DNA of 64,000 nucleotides from an uncultured Candidatus Cloacimonadota bacterium (GTDB lineage Bacteria; Cloacimonadota; Cloacimonadia; Cloacimonadales; JAJBBL01): NCBI GenBank assembly GCA_964464175.1, contig CAYXFD010000014.1, positions 5,035 to 69,034 of the forward strand, read 5' to 3'. Shown piece by piece: positions 54,643 to 64,000 of this stretch (position 1 is its first letter; each line of letters starts with the position of its first letter). The notes under the pieces were generated by a model. It saw only the letters and a program-made list of their open reading frames with translations, ran no database searches and was not told where the DNA came from. The position numbers and the translations under genes were made by a program.

Positions 54643-57300
54643 ATGGGAATTGAAATCAGCAAGACTTACGACCCACAAATCGTTGAAAAGAAATGGTATG
54701 ATCACTGGTTCAGAGAAGGATTATTCACACCTCAGATCGATGAAAGGAAACGTCCCTATACTGTTTTAATGCCCCCCCCGAATGTAACGGGGATCCTGCA
54801 TATTGGGCATGTTTTGAATATTACACTACAGGATGTTGCCATAAGATATAAAAGAATGACTGGTGTTCCTACACTCTGGCTGCCCGGAGTTGATCATGCC
54901 GGGATAGCAACTCAGAATATGGTGGAAAAAGACCTGCATAAGCAGGGATTAGACCGTCATCAAGTCGGCAGGGAAAAGCTTTTAGAGCTTGTCTGGGCCT
55001 GGAAAAATGAGAAAGGGAGAACAATACTCGAACAATTGAAACAACTGGGTGCGTCCTGTGACTGGAGTCGTGAGCGATTCACAATGGATGAAATGCTCTC
55101 CCGGGCAGTGAAGGAAGTTTTTGTCCAATTATATGAGAAAGGGCTTATTTATAAAGGAGAGTATATAATTAATTGGTGTCCCCGCTGTATCAGTGCCTTG
55201 TCGAATGATGAGGTGGAACACGAGGATGCTCAAGGATTTTTGTGGCACATCCGTTATCCCTTTCCTGAAGAAGAAGGCTATCTAACGGTTGCAACGACAA
55301 GACCGGAAACGATGCTGGGTGATGTAGCAGTAGCAGTTAATCCCGATGATGAACGGCACAAGCATCTGATCGGGAAAAGTGTAATCCTCCCCTTTGTTAA
55401 CCGAAAGATTCCCATTATTGCTGATGATTATGTTGATCAGGAATTCGGGAGTGGATTTGTTAAGATAACCCCGGCACATGACCCGAATGATTTCGAAATA
55501 GGAAGAAGGCATAACCTCCCCTTAATAGTAGTAATGAATGAAGAAGGGGTCATGAACGATCAGGCTGGGGCAGAATTCCAGGGTATGGATAGATTCGACT
55601 GTCGCCAGAAGCTGGTGAAACTATTGCAGGAGATGGATCTGATCGAGAAGATAGAGTCACATGACTTAGCGATCGGAAAATGCTATCGTTGTGACTCGAT
55701 TATTGAGCCTTATGTTTCGGAACAGTGGTTTGTAAAGATGAAACCTCTGGCTGAGAGAGCGATAAAAAAGGTAGAGGAGGGAGAGATTCAATTTCAGCCC
55801 CAGCGGTGGGTCAAGGTGTTTATGCACTGGATGAACAATATCCGTGACTGGTGTATCTCCCGCCAGATCTGGTGGGGTCATAGAATACCTGCCTACTACT
55901 GTGATTCCTGCGGAGAGATGGTTGTGGCTTTGGAAAAACCGGTTAAATGCGAAAAATGCGGGAGCAGTGAGTTTCGGCAGGATGAAGACGTTCTGGACAC
56001 CTGGTTCTCTTCCTGGTTATGGCCCTTTTCGACAATGGGGTGGCCTGAAGAAACGGAGGATCTAAAATATTTTCTCCCCACGGATTTACTGATAACTGCC
56101 CCTGAGATCATCTATCTCTGGGTAGCCCGAATGATAATGGCTACTCTGGAATTTTGTGATGAAATTCCTTTCCGCACTGTATTGTTGCATGGAACTGTCC
56201 GGGATCAGATTGGAAGGAAGATGAGCAAATCACTTGGGAATTCTCCCGATCCTCTGGATCTGATCAAATTAGTTGGAGCTGATGCTCTCAGGTTCAGCAT
56301 GATTTTCAATGCCCCCAAAGGGGCAGACATCCATTATTCAGCGTCTGTAATGGAAAACGGCAGGAATTTTTGCAACAAGATCTGGAATGCCTACCGCTTT
56401 ATCATGGGAAATGTTAGTCAGATTGCCGGTCTTCCGGAAGAGGATGAACTCGACTTGGAGTTAGCCGACAGATGGATATACAGTAGATTACAGGAAGTAA
56501 TCGCTGAAGTTACCGATTATTATGAAAACCTCCGGTTTAACGATGCTGCCCAGATTCTGCAGGACTTCATCTGGAAGGAATTCTGTTCCTGGTATCTGGA
56601 ACTCAGCAAAGAGAGGATCTATAACAATCAAGATTTGAAAGCACAGAGAACGGTTAAGTATATTCTATTGGATGTATTGCAGCAATCTCTGCGACTCTTA
56701 CATCCGATTATGCCCTTTATCTCGGAAGAGATCTGGCAAAGTATAAAAGAGTGTTTCCCCCTGGAAGAAGAGGCATTGATTATTGCCCGTTTCCCCGTAT
56801 CTCAAAGAGAGATGATAGATCACCGGATTGCAGAGGAGATGAATTTGATCCAGGAAAGCATCGTAGCTATCAGGAATCTTCGTAAACAGATTAATCTTTC
56901 ACCGGCGCAGGAGGTCACTGTTGTTATCCGTCCGGTCAGCAGAGAACAGGCTGCGGTCATATCACTTTACTGCAATTATTTCCAGAAGCTGGCAAAAGTG
57001 ACTGTACTTTCTACTGACCTGAATTGCGAAAGACCGAAAACGTCGATAGCTGCGGTAGTGAGCGGAATGGAGATCTTTTTGCCGTTGAGCGGACTAATTG
57101 ATCTGGGAAAAGAAAGGGAACGGCTGGAGAAGCAGCTTCAAAAAGCAGAGACTGAGTTAGCAAAGACAGTTAAGAAGCTCTCCAGCGATAATTTTCTCAA
57201 TAATGCCAAACCGGAAGTTATTGAAAAAGAGAGAGAAAAAGAGCAGGAATTTCTGCAGATTACCGAAAAAACCAAAGGCCTGTTACAGGACCTTAATTAG
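54643..57300 (+). CDS. valS: Valyl-tRNA synthetase
   Basis: PPPNVTG.LHIGH, DHAGIATQ, WCISRQIWWGHRIP, KMSKS, C-terminal coiled coil. Confidence 0.98.
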   Translation: MGIEISKTYDPQIVEKKWYDHWFREGLFTPQIDERKRPYTVLMPPPNVTGILHIGHVLNITLQDVAIRYKRMTGVPTLWLPGVDHAGIATQNMVEKDLHKQGLDRHQVGREKLLELVWAWKNEKGRTILEQLKQLGASCDWSRERFTMDEMLSRAVKEVFVQLYEKGLIYKGEYIINWCPRCISALSNDEVEHEDAQGFLWHIRYPFPEEEGYLTVATTRPETMLGDVAVAVNPDDERHKHLIGKSVILPFVNRKIPIIADDYVDQEFGSGFVKITPAHDPNDFEIGRRHNLPLIVVMNEEGVMNDQAGAEFQGMDRFDCRQKLVKLLQEMDLIEKIESHDLAIGKCYRCDSIIEPYVSEQWFVKMKPLAERAIKKVEEGEIQFQPQRWVKVFMHWMNNIRDWCISRQIWWGHRIPAYYCDSCGEMVVALEKPVKCEKCGSSEFRQDEDVLDTWFSSWLWPFSTMGWPEETEDLKYFLPTDLLITAPEIIYLWVARMIMATLEFCDEIPFRTVLLHGTVRDQIGRKMSKSLGNSPDPLDLIKLVGADALRFSMIFNAPKGADIHYSASVMENGRNFCNKIWNAYRFIMGNVSQIAGLPEEDELDLELADRWIYSRLQEVIAEVTDYYENLRFNDAAQILQDFIWKEFCSWYLELSKERIYNNQDLKAQRTVKYILLDVLQQSLRLLHPIMPFISEEIWQSIKECFPLEEEALIIARFPVSQREMIDHRIAEEMNLIQESIVAIRNLRKQINLSPAQEVTVVIRPVSREQAAVISLYCNYFQKLAKVTVLSTDLNCERPKTSIAAVVSGMEIFLPLSGLIDLGKERERLEKQLQKAETELAKTVKKLSSDNFLNNAKPEVIEKEREKEQEFLQITEKTKGLLQDLN

Positions 57301-57320
57301 ATCCTATAAGGAGGGTTGTA

Positions 57321-57875
57321 ATGAGTCCCCGCAAGAAAAAGGAACAAGAAGAGATAAAAGAAGAAGTCATCCCTGAAATCGAGGTGGAAGCTATGGATGA
57401 AATGAAAGAGGAGATAGCCCGGGATCCGGGAAAGAAGAAATTGGTTTTCTATGAAAAACTGAGAGAGAGATTTGCCGGTAAAGTACCGGCAGAAGGTAAG
57501 ATGAACAAGGTCAGTGATTTTCTCTTTCTGCTTCCCGATTTCTTTATCCTGTTATGCCGGCTTTTAATGGAAGATAAAGTCACCAATCAGACCAAAGCTT
57601 TTATTCTTGGTGTGATAGCCTATGTCATGATGCCGATCGATATCATCCCTGATTTTATTCCGGTTATTGGATTTCTTGACGATCTTATCCTGGTGGTTTT
57701 TGCCCTTGACCAGATCCTTAAATATACCGATGAACAGATCCTTCTCGATAATTGGAGCGGGAAAAGAAATCTATTCCTGACGGTCAGGAATATTATTGAT
57801 ATTGCAGACCGGGCAGTGAGCCAGCGGATTTTAGGAAAGATAAAAACATATGTACGGAGACTAAAAGGTAATTGA
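57321..57875 (+). CDS. DUF1232/YkvA family protein
   Basis: AY...PIDIIPDFIPVIGFLDD motif. Confidence 0.88.
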   Translation: MSPRKKKEQEEIKEEVIPEIEVEAMDEMKEEIARDPGKKKLVFYEKLRERFAGKVPAEGKMNKVSDFLFLLPDFFILLCRLLMEDKVTNQTKAFILGVIAYVMMPIDIIPDFIPVIGFLDDLILVVFALDQILKYTDEQILLDNWSGKRNLFLTVRNIIDIADRAVSQRILGKIKTYVRRLKGN

Positions 57876-58510
57876 TGGATATTCTTATCTCTTCCCGCAA
57901 TAGAGACAAGATAAGAGAGATTAAAACCTTACTCTCGTCGCTTCCTTTTAGTGTTTTTACTCCGTATGATTTTGACGATTTGCCTGATGTAGAAGAAGAT
58001 AAAAATACCCTTCTGGGAAATGCCTTGAAAAAGGGGCGGGAATTAACGGAAATTACCGGCTTACCTACTATCGCAGATGATACCGGGCTTTTTATCGATG
58101 CTCTTGCCGGAGAACCGGGTATTTATGCGGCAAGATATGCCGGAGAGCATTGCAGCTATGCAGATAACCGTCATAAGGTTCTTCGTTTAATGGCAAACAA
58201 GATAGACAGATCAGCCCGGTTTATGACAGTGGCAGTCTTTGTCCGTCCGGGAGCTGAGCCTCTGGTCGCGGAAGGGATTGTAGAAGGTGAGATCACAGAA
58301 GAGGAAAGAGGAGATAAAGGATTTGGTTATGATAATATCTTCAGGTTGCGGGAGGGCAGAAAAACTTTTGCCGAGATGGAGGAAGAAGAGAAGAATTTGT
58401 TCAGTCACCGGGGAATTGCTTTTCGTAAGCTTGCTGCGAAGATCCAGGAAGCTTACGAAGCGGGAAGTTTAGTTAATGATATTGATAAACATAAAATGGA
58501 GGAACAATGA
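57872..58510 (+). CDS. rdgB: dITP/XTP pyrophosphatase (Ham1/RdgB)
   Basis: N..KIRE, ADDTGL..DAL.G.PGIYAAR, GFGYD, KN..SHR. Confidence 0.94.
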   Translation: MMDILISSRNRDKIREIKTLLSSLPFSVFTPYDFDDLPDVEEDKNTLLGNALKKGRELTEITGLPTIADDTGLFIDALAGEPGIYAARYAGEHCSYADNRHKVLRLMANKIDRSARFMTVAVFVRPGAEPLVAEGIVEGEITEEERGDKGFGYDNIFRLREGRKTFAEMEEEEKNLFSHRGIAFRKLAAKIQEAYEAGSLVNDIDKHKMEEQ

Positions 58511-59868
58511 TTAACAAACAGATTTTTCGTCAATATGATGTCAGAGGTATCGTTAACCGCGATTTAACCGAAGAGACGGTTTACCTGTTGGGTAGAGGCT
58601 TCGGCTCCTTTCTGCGCAAGAGAAACCTGAAATCAGTTGTGATCGGAGGAGATGCCCGGTTGAGCACCCCTCTATTCAAGAAGGTTTTTTCCAACGGTTT
58701 GCTCGATTGCGGATGTGAGGTTACCGATGTAGCGATCTTAGCAACCCCGACTCTCTATTTTTCGATAGAACACCTGAAAGCAGATGCCGGAGTTATGATT
58801 ACCGGCAGTCATAATCCTCCCGAATATAATGGGTTTAAAATGAATATCGGACTTGCTTCCATTTTTGGTGACGACATAATGGAGATTTACGACATTATCC
58901 GGAAGGAAGAATTTGCTGAAGGTCCGGGAGTAAATCAAGTAGTCTCCGGAATGATCAAAGAGTACCAGAATTATCTCGTTGAGAATATCAAAATTGACCG
59001 TCCCGTTAAGATTGTGGTTGATGCCGGGAATGGAGCAGGAGGACCAATACTTCCCGATATCCTGAGAAGGATCGGTTGCGATGTGATCGAACTCTATTGT
59101 GATCTGGACGGAACTTTCCCCAATCATCATCCTGATCCGACCGTAAAAGAATATATGGAAGATCTGATCAGATTGGTAGGTGAATCCCAGGCAGATTTTG
59201 GGGTTGGATTAGACGGTGATGCCGATAGAATAGGAGTAATCGATGAAAAGGGACAAATGTTATACGGGGATCAGTTGCTGAATATTTTCGCCCGTGATTT
59301 TTTAAAGCATTATCCCGGCGAGAAGGTTGTAGCCGATGTTAAGTGTTCAAAGGTTTTCTATGATGATATCGCCAAACAGGGCGGGATACCGGTTATGTAT
59401 AAAACGGGACACTCTCTCTTGAAAAAGAAAATGAAAGATGATAATATCAAGCTGGGTGGAGAAATGAGCGGTCATATCTGCTTCAAAGACCGTTACTTCG
59501 GATTCGATGATGCCATCTATGCAGCCTGCCGCTTTGCTGAGATCGTTGCCGCTTCCGATAAAAAGGTCAGTGAGTTTTTGGCTGACCAGCCCAAGGTGTT
59601 TAACACCCCGGAGATCTGGATAAAATGCAGCGAAGAGAAAAAGTTCCAGATCGTCGAAAAAGTTAAGAATCACTTTAAGGATAAGGGTCATGATGTCAAT
59701 GACATTGACGGCATGCGGGTAACGTTTACCGATGGCTGGGGACTGGTCAGAGCGTCAAATACCCAACCCGTTCTTACTTTACGGTTTGAAGCGGAAACCG
59801 AAGCCCGGCTCAATGAGATCAGAGATATGGTAGAAAGTGAGATTGAGCGGATAAAGCAGGAGTTTTAG
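58507..59868 (+). CDS. Phosphomannomutase/phosphoglucomutase (AlgC-like)
   Basis: FRQYDVRG, TGSHNP, FPNHHPDP, DGDADR, GEMSGH, RASNTQP. Confidence 0.95.
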   Translation: MINKQIFRQYDVRGIVNRDLTEETVYLLGRGFGSFLRKRNLKSVVIGGDARLSTPLFKKVFSNGLLDCGCEVTDVAILATPTLYFSIEHLKADAGVMITGSHNPPEYNGFKMNIGLASIFGDDIMEIYDIIRKEEFAEGPGVNQVVSGMIKEYQNYLVENIKIDRPVKIVVDAGNGAGGPILPDILRRIGCDVIELYCDLDGTFPNHHPDPTVKEYMEDLIRLVGESQADFGVGLDGDADRIGVIDEKGQMLYGDQLLNIFARDFLKHYPGEKVVADVKCSKVFYDDIAKQGGIPVMYKTGHSLLKKKMKDDNIKLGGEMSGHICFKDRYFGFDDAIYAACRFAEIVAASDKKVSEFLADQPKVFNTPEIWIKCSEEKKFQIVEKVKNHFKDKGHDVNDIDGMRVTFTDGWGLVRASNTQPVLTLRFEAETEARLNEIRDMVESEIERIKQEF

Positions 59869-60107
59869 AAAAGCTGCTTTTCCGATTGTTACTTTTTAGC
59901 TGATCACTTTATTGAAGGTACGGGTTTTCTTTCCGGATAGTTTTTTAACTGGATTTTAGCCTTATTATGACTGAGGAAGAACACTCTGACCAGTTAGCAG
60001 TAGTTAGTGTTCAGCAAGGTTTTTCACCTTGTTCTCAGCAGCATTTATTCCGATAATTCCAGGGTAGAATTGTTTCTGCAAGAACTAACTTTTTTTTCCC
60101 TGTATCG

Positions 60108-60244
60108 AGGGGCAATGATCCCAAAAGGGCGGGTTGGTTCACCTTCCGGAGTACTGTTTCGGGTTGCCGGACAGAGATAACCGGTATTATTGGATAAAGG
60201 TGAAGCCCCCTTAGCTGTTTACGAACAGAAGGAAAGCAATCCCT
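60108..60244 (+). ncRNA. Candidate structured RNA or cis-element upstream of leuS (family unassigned)
   Basis: Nested stems: TTCACCTT 60138-45 with AAGGTGAA 60197-204; CCGG/CCGG; CTGTTTCGG..CCGGACAG; CTGTT-TACG-AACAG; AAGGG/CCCTT; terminal AGGG/CCCT. Confidence 0.3.
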
Positions 60245-60325
60245 AACCGCTCAGAAATTGATTGACTCACAGAACTTAGCTAAAAAAAATGTCACCTTGT
60301 AATATCAGGAGATAATGGAGGAATA

Positions 60326-62797
60326 ATGGAGTATCCTTTTAACGAGATCGAGCCGAAATGGCAGAGTAAATGGCAGGAGATGAAGCTGTTCAATAGCGGA
60401 GAAGCGTTTGATAAGAAGAAGTATTATATCTTATCGATGTTTCCCTATCCTTCCGGAGCTCTTCACATGGGGCATGTCTCTAATTATTCGATCGGAGATG
60501 CAATGACCCGCTATAAATTGATGGAGGGTTACAATGTCATGCAGCCGATGGGATATGATTCTTTTGGTCTTCCGGCGGAGAATTTTGCGATCCAGAATAA
60601 TACTCATCCCCGGTTCTCGACTGAAGATAATATCAAGATTATGAGAAGTCAATTCGATAGAATGGGTTTTGGTCTGGATTGGAACAGAGAGGTAAGTACC
60701 TGCCGTCCGGACTACTATAAATGGAATCAGTGGCTTTTTAAGAAAATGTTCGAAAAGGGATTAGTCTATAAAAAGAAGGCATATCTGAACTGGTGCGATC
60801 AGTGTCAGACTGTTCTGGCTAATGAACAGGTAGAAAACGGCAACTGCTGGCGCTGTGACAGCCAGGTTCGTCAAAAAGAGATGGAGCAGTGGTTTATCCG
60901 GATCACTGATTATGCTGAAGAGTTACTCGATTTTTCTCAGGTAGTTGACTGGCCTGAAAAGGTCAAAGCCATGCAGACTAACTGGATTGGGAAGAGCGAA
61001 GGAACGATCATTCATTTTCCGCTTAAAGATTCGGAAGAGACTATTTCTGTCTTTACAACCAGACCTGATACAATTTTTGGCTGCACCTATATGGCACTGC
61101 CGCCGGAGCACCCTTTGGTCGAAAAGTGGCTGCAGAAAACCGATAAGGATTCACCTCTTTATAGCTTCTGTCAGAAAGTGATCAATCTTGATAAGATGGA
61201 GAGAACGGCAGATGATACAACAAAAGAGGGTATCTTCAGCGGTCATTACTGTCTTAATCCTGTTAATGGTGAAAAAATGGAGATTTGGATAACGAATTAT
61301 GTTCTGCTCGATTACGGAACGGGGGCTGTTATGGCTGTTCCTGCCCATGATCAGCGGGATTATGAATTTGCTAAAAAATACGGTCTCCCTCTCAAGATAG
61401 TAATTCAGAATGAAGAGAGAAACCTTTCTCTGGAGACAATGTCCGAAGCGTATATCGGTGAAGGTTACCTCTCAGGTTCCGCACAGTTTGACGGAATGGA
61501 AAGCAGCGAATCTAAAAAGAAGATCACCGAATGGATGACAGAAGAGGGAACAGGCAAGTATGCAGTGAGCTACAGGTTAAGAGACTGGGGTATTTCGAGG
61601 CAGCGATACTGGGGAACCCCCATTCCGATAATCAATTGCCCGAAATGTGGCTCGGTACTGGTTCCCGATGAAGCTCTTCCGGTCGAATTACCTACAAACG
61701 TAGAGGTAGGGAAGACGAGACAAAATCCTCTTCTATCCGTAAAAGAATGGGTCAATACAACCTGTCCGGTTTGTCAGGGACCTGCGGTCAGAGAGACAGA
61801 TACTATGGATACTTTCTTTGACAGCTCCTGGTATTATGCCCGTTTTACCGATTCTCATAACAATAAAGAACCTTTTAAGCGGGAGAAGGCTGACTATTGG
61901 CTTCCGGTTGATCAATATATCGGGGGTATCGAACATGCCTGCCTTCATCTTCTCTACGCCAGATTCTTCCATAAATTTATGCGGGACATCGGTCTGCTGA
62001 GCGGTGATGAACCCTTCTCCCGGCTGCTTACTCAGGGAATGGTCATCAAAGATGGAGCAAAGATGTCCAAATCGAAAGGGAATGTCGTAGATCCGAATTA
62101 TATAATTGACCGTTATGGTGCTGACACAGCAAGAGTTTTCATGCTCTTTGCCTCTCCGCCTGATAAGGATGTGGAGTGGAGCGATGAAGGGATAATGGGG
62201 GCGTTCCGCTTTCTTAACCGGATCTGGCGTCTTGTTAAGACGAATTCCGAATTGATCAGGAACTACCGGGATAAAGAGATAGGGGAAGAGAGTGAGCAAA
62301 CCAAAAAACTGCTCTATTCAACCCATTTCACGATCAAGAAAGTGAGAGAGGACATCGAGATAAGGATGCAGTTCAATACGGCGATAGCTGCAATTATGGA
62401 GCACTTCAATAATCTCTCCTCGATCAAAGAGAGCGAAAAGCTTACCGAATCCGAAAAAGCTGCTTTTGTGCAAGGGTGTATTGTTATTCCGAGACTGATC
62501 TATCCCTTTGCTCCTCATATCGCCGAAGAACTCTGGAGCCAGTGTGGTTATCAGGAACTGATCCATAAAGCGGGCTTTCCTCAGGAAGAGGAAAGATATC
62601 TAAAACAGGATGAGATAGATTATGTGATCCAGATTCAGGGAAAAGTCCGAGGTCATCTGACGGTTCCGGCAGAGAGCGCTGAAGAGGAAATCCGGAAACA
62701 AGCCCTGCAGGTAGCGAATGTAGTTAAATATATAGAAGGAAAAGAGATAAAGAAGTTTGTTATTGTAAAGAATAAACTCATCAGTATAGTAGTATAA
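60326..62797 (+). CDS. leuS: Leucyl-tRNA synthetase
   Basis: MFPYPSG.LHMGH, FTTRPDT, DWGISRQRYWG, GGIEHA, KMSKS. Confidence 0.98.
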   Translation: MEYPFNEIEPKWQSKWQEMKLFNSGEAFDKKKYYILSMFPYPSGALHMGHVSNYSIGDAMTRYKLMEGYNVMQPMGYDSFGLPAENFAIQNNTHPRFSTEDNIKIMRSQFDRMGFGLDWNREVSTCRPDYYKWNQWLFKKMFEKGLVYKKKAYLNWCDQCQTVLANEQVENGNCWRCDSQVRQKEMEQWFIRITDYAEELLDFSQVVDWPEKVKAMQTNWIGKSEGTIIHFPLKDSEETISVFTTRPDTIFGCTYMALPPEHPLVEKWLQKTDKDSPLYSFCQKVINLDKMERTADDTTKEGIFSGHYCLNPVNGEKMEIWITNYVLLDYGTGAVMAVPAHDQRDYEFAKKYGLPLKIVIQNEERNLSLETMSEAYIGEGYLSGSAQFDGMESSESKKKITEWMTEEGTGKYAVSYRLRDWGISRQRYWGTPIPIINCPKCGSVLVPDEALPVELPTNVEVGKTRQNPLLSVKEWVNTTCPVCQGPAVRETDTMDTFFDSSWYYARFTDSHNNKEPFKREKADYWLPVDQYIGGIEHACLHLLYARFFHKFMRDIGLLSGDEPFSRLLTQGMVIKDGAKMSKSKGNVVDPNYIIDRYGADTARVFMLFASPPDKDVEWSDEGIMGAFRFLNRIWRLVKTNSELIRNYRDKEIGEESEQTKKLLYSTHFTIKKVREDIEIRMQFNTAIAAIMEHFNNLSSIKESEKLTESEKAAFVQGCIVIPRLIYPFAPHIAEELWSQCGYQELIHKAGFPQEEERYLKQDEIDYVIQIQGKVRGHLTVPAESAEEEIRKQALQVANVVKYIEGKEIKKFVIVKNKLISIVV

Positions 62798-62837
62798 GAC
62801 CTTTTTGCTAGGTTATCCGGAGCTTGTGCTCTTAAAC

Positions 62838-62864
62838 AAAGACCCCCTCACAGAGGGGGTCTTT
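62838..62864. terminator. Bidirectional intrinsic terminator between convergent genes
   Basis: AAAGACCCCCTC-ACA-GAGGGGGTCTTT perfect 12-bp stem. Confidence 0.88.
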
Positions 62865-62905
62865 CATGTTGTAGTTGTTTATCTGTTGTTTGGATGATTC
62901 TTTGC

Positions 62906-63580
62906 TCAGACAGGAAGGGTAAGATGATACTCAACCCCGTTCTCTGAGTTCTTTACTCTGATAAGACCTCCCATTTCCTTCATGATTTTCTTGATTATCA
63001 AGAGATCAACGAAATTTTCGGTTACCAGTTCATAATCTGTGTCATCATTCACTTTTGCTATCAGCTCTTCAAAAAGCTGAGAACCATTCCGCTGGATTAT
63101 GAAACGGATATTAGCTTCTTCGTGCCAGACTTTTATCCTGATCTTTCCGCCATTCTCCATAGCTGCGACAGCGTTGTTTATTATCTCGTAGAGAGCATTG
63201 GCGAGCAGAAAGGGATTTGCCCGAAAATGGAGATTTTCCTCGATTTCTCTTTCCAATTCGATCTTATGCTTATAGGTCATATTGAAATAGAAGAACCGGT
63301 CAAGCTGATCGATCAACTTATTGACTGCAATTTCCTCGGGACCTGATTGATTGTCTTTACTTAACATGGAATTCAGATCACTTATCATATCGTTGATCTT
63401 TTCTAATTGACTTAATATCTGGTCAACACCCTGAATATCCGGGTGTTTGAACTTGATTAACTCGATCCTGCCGGAAATACTCATCAAGGGGGTGTTCATA
63501 TTATGAATAAAACCGGGGAGAATAGCTGTGTATTTTGCCAGCAGGCGATACCTGAGCAATTTATCCATACCTTCTCTCAT
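62906..63580 (-). CDS. Sensor-less histidine-kinase-like protein with degenerate ATP-binding domain
   Basis: GFIHNMNTPL H-box and EIINNA N-box; G1 box reads QRNGSQ and G2 box reads FVDLLII; GGAG SD. Confidence 0.75.
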   Translation of the reverse strand: MREGMDKLLRYRLLAKYTAILPGFIHNMNTPLMSISGRIELIKFKHPDIQGVDQILSQLEKINDMISDLNSMLSKDNQSGPEEIAVNKLIDQLDRFFYFNMTYKHKIELEREIEENLHFRANPFLLANALYEIINNAVAAMENGGKIRIKVWHEEANIRFIIQRNGSQLFEELIAKVNDDTDYELVTENFVDLLIIKKIMKEMGGLIRVKNSENGVEYHLTLPV

Positions 63581-63605
63581 AATAAATCTCCCGTGAACCT
63601 CATTT

Positions 63606-64000
63606 TTACAGGTAAGATTCGATGACCTTAGCTAATCTCTTCACCCCTTCAATGTTTCGTTCTTTCGAGGAATAAGAAAAATTGATCCTCATCGTATTTT
63701 TCCCTTCTCCATTACAGTAAAAGGCAGATCCGACAACAAAGGCGACCTTTTCTTTGATCGCATCAAGGAACAGCTTGCCGGTATCAATGTGATCGGGAAC
63801 CGTTAAAAACAGGAACAAACCACCTTCAGGCTCCGTCCAGGTAACTTCTTTCGGCATGTATTGACGGAAGGCTTCCAGCATTACATCTCTCTTTTCCCGG
63901 TAGAGATCAATAATACTTTTGATATTGTTGTCCAATAGCCCGTTCTCGATATATCGGGCTGCTATTCGCTGCGTGTATGGCGGGGTGCAGAGATCGGTTG
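63606..64000 (-). CDS. PLP-dependent aminotransferase class I/II (LysN/ARO8-like), 3' part only
   Basis: Frame open to the window edge (TDLCTPPYTQ...); WTEPEGGLF, VAFVVGSAFY, MRINFS. Confidence 0.88.
   Translation of the reverse strand, partial: TDLCTPPYTQRIAARYIENGLLDNNIKSIIDLYREKRDVMLEAFRQYMPKEVTWTEPEGGLFLFLTVPDHIDTGKLFLDAIKEKVAFVVGSAFYCNGEGKNTMRINFSYSSKERNIEGVKRLAKVIESYL

Overview
Bacterial genomic window of moderate GC. The gene content and the style of the secreted proteins suggest an anaerobe such as Candidatus Cloacimonadota (inference, not proven). The left ~39 kb is an accessory secreted-protein locus, all on the minus strand. It starts with a TPR protein, a TPR-sensor histidine kinase and an NtrC-type sigma-54 activator. 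These are followed by two tandem ~12-13 kb modules with identical layout: triple palindromic enhancer, IHF-like site, sigma-54-like promoter, 132-aa Asp-less receiver protein, giant secreted multidomain protein (3530 aa and 3981 aa), shared C-terminus and terminator. The module ends are nearly identical while the interiors are strongly diverged. One giant has an intact papain-fold (C39/C10-like) Cys-His-Asp triad; its twin has Ser in place of the Cys. Both carry many Arg-bracketed loops reminiscent of gingipain polyprotein processing. Downstream lie a secreted tricorn (S41) protease and a >1660-aa multi-beta-helix protein that runs off the window and is absent from the ORF track. The right ~25 kb is mostly housekeeping: kdsD, thrS, ABC substrate-binding protein, PAS-adenylate cyclase, Ca/Na antiporter, mnmA, hydE, uvrC, murJ, panC/panD, NUDIX, valS, DUF1232, rdgB, PMM/PGM, leuS, a degenerate histidine kinase and a partial PLP aminotransferase. 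There is also a candidate structured RNA before leuS. No rRNA, tRNA, CRISPR array or transposase was recognised.
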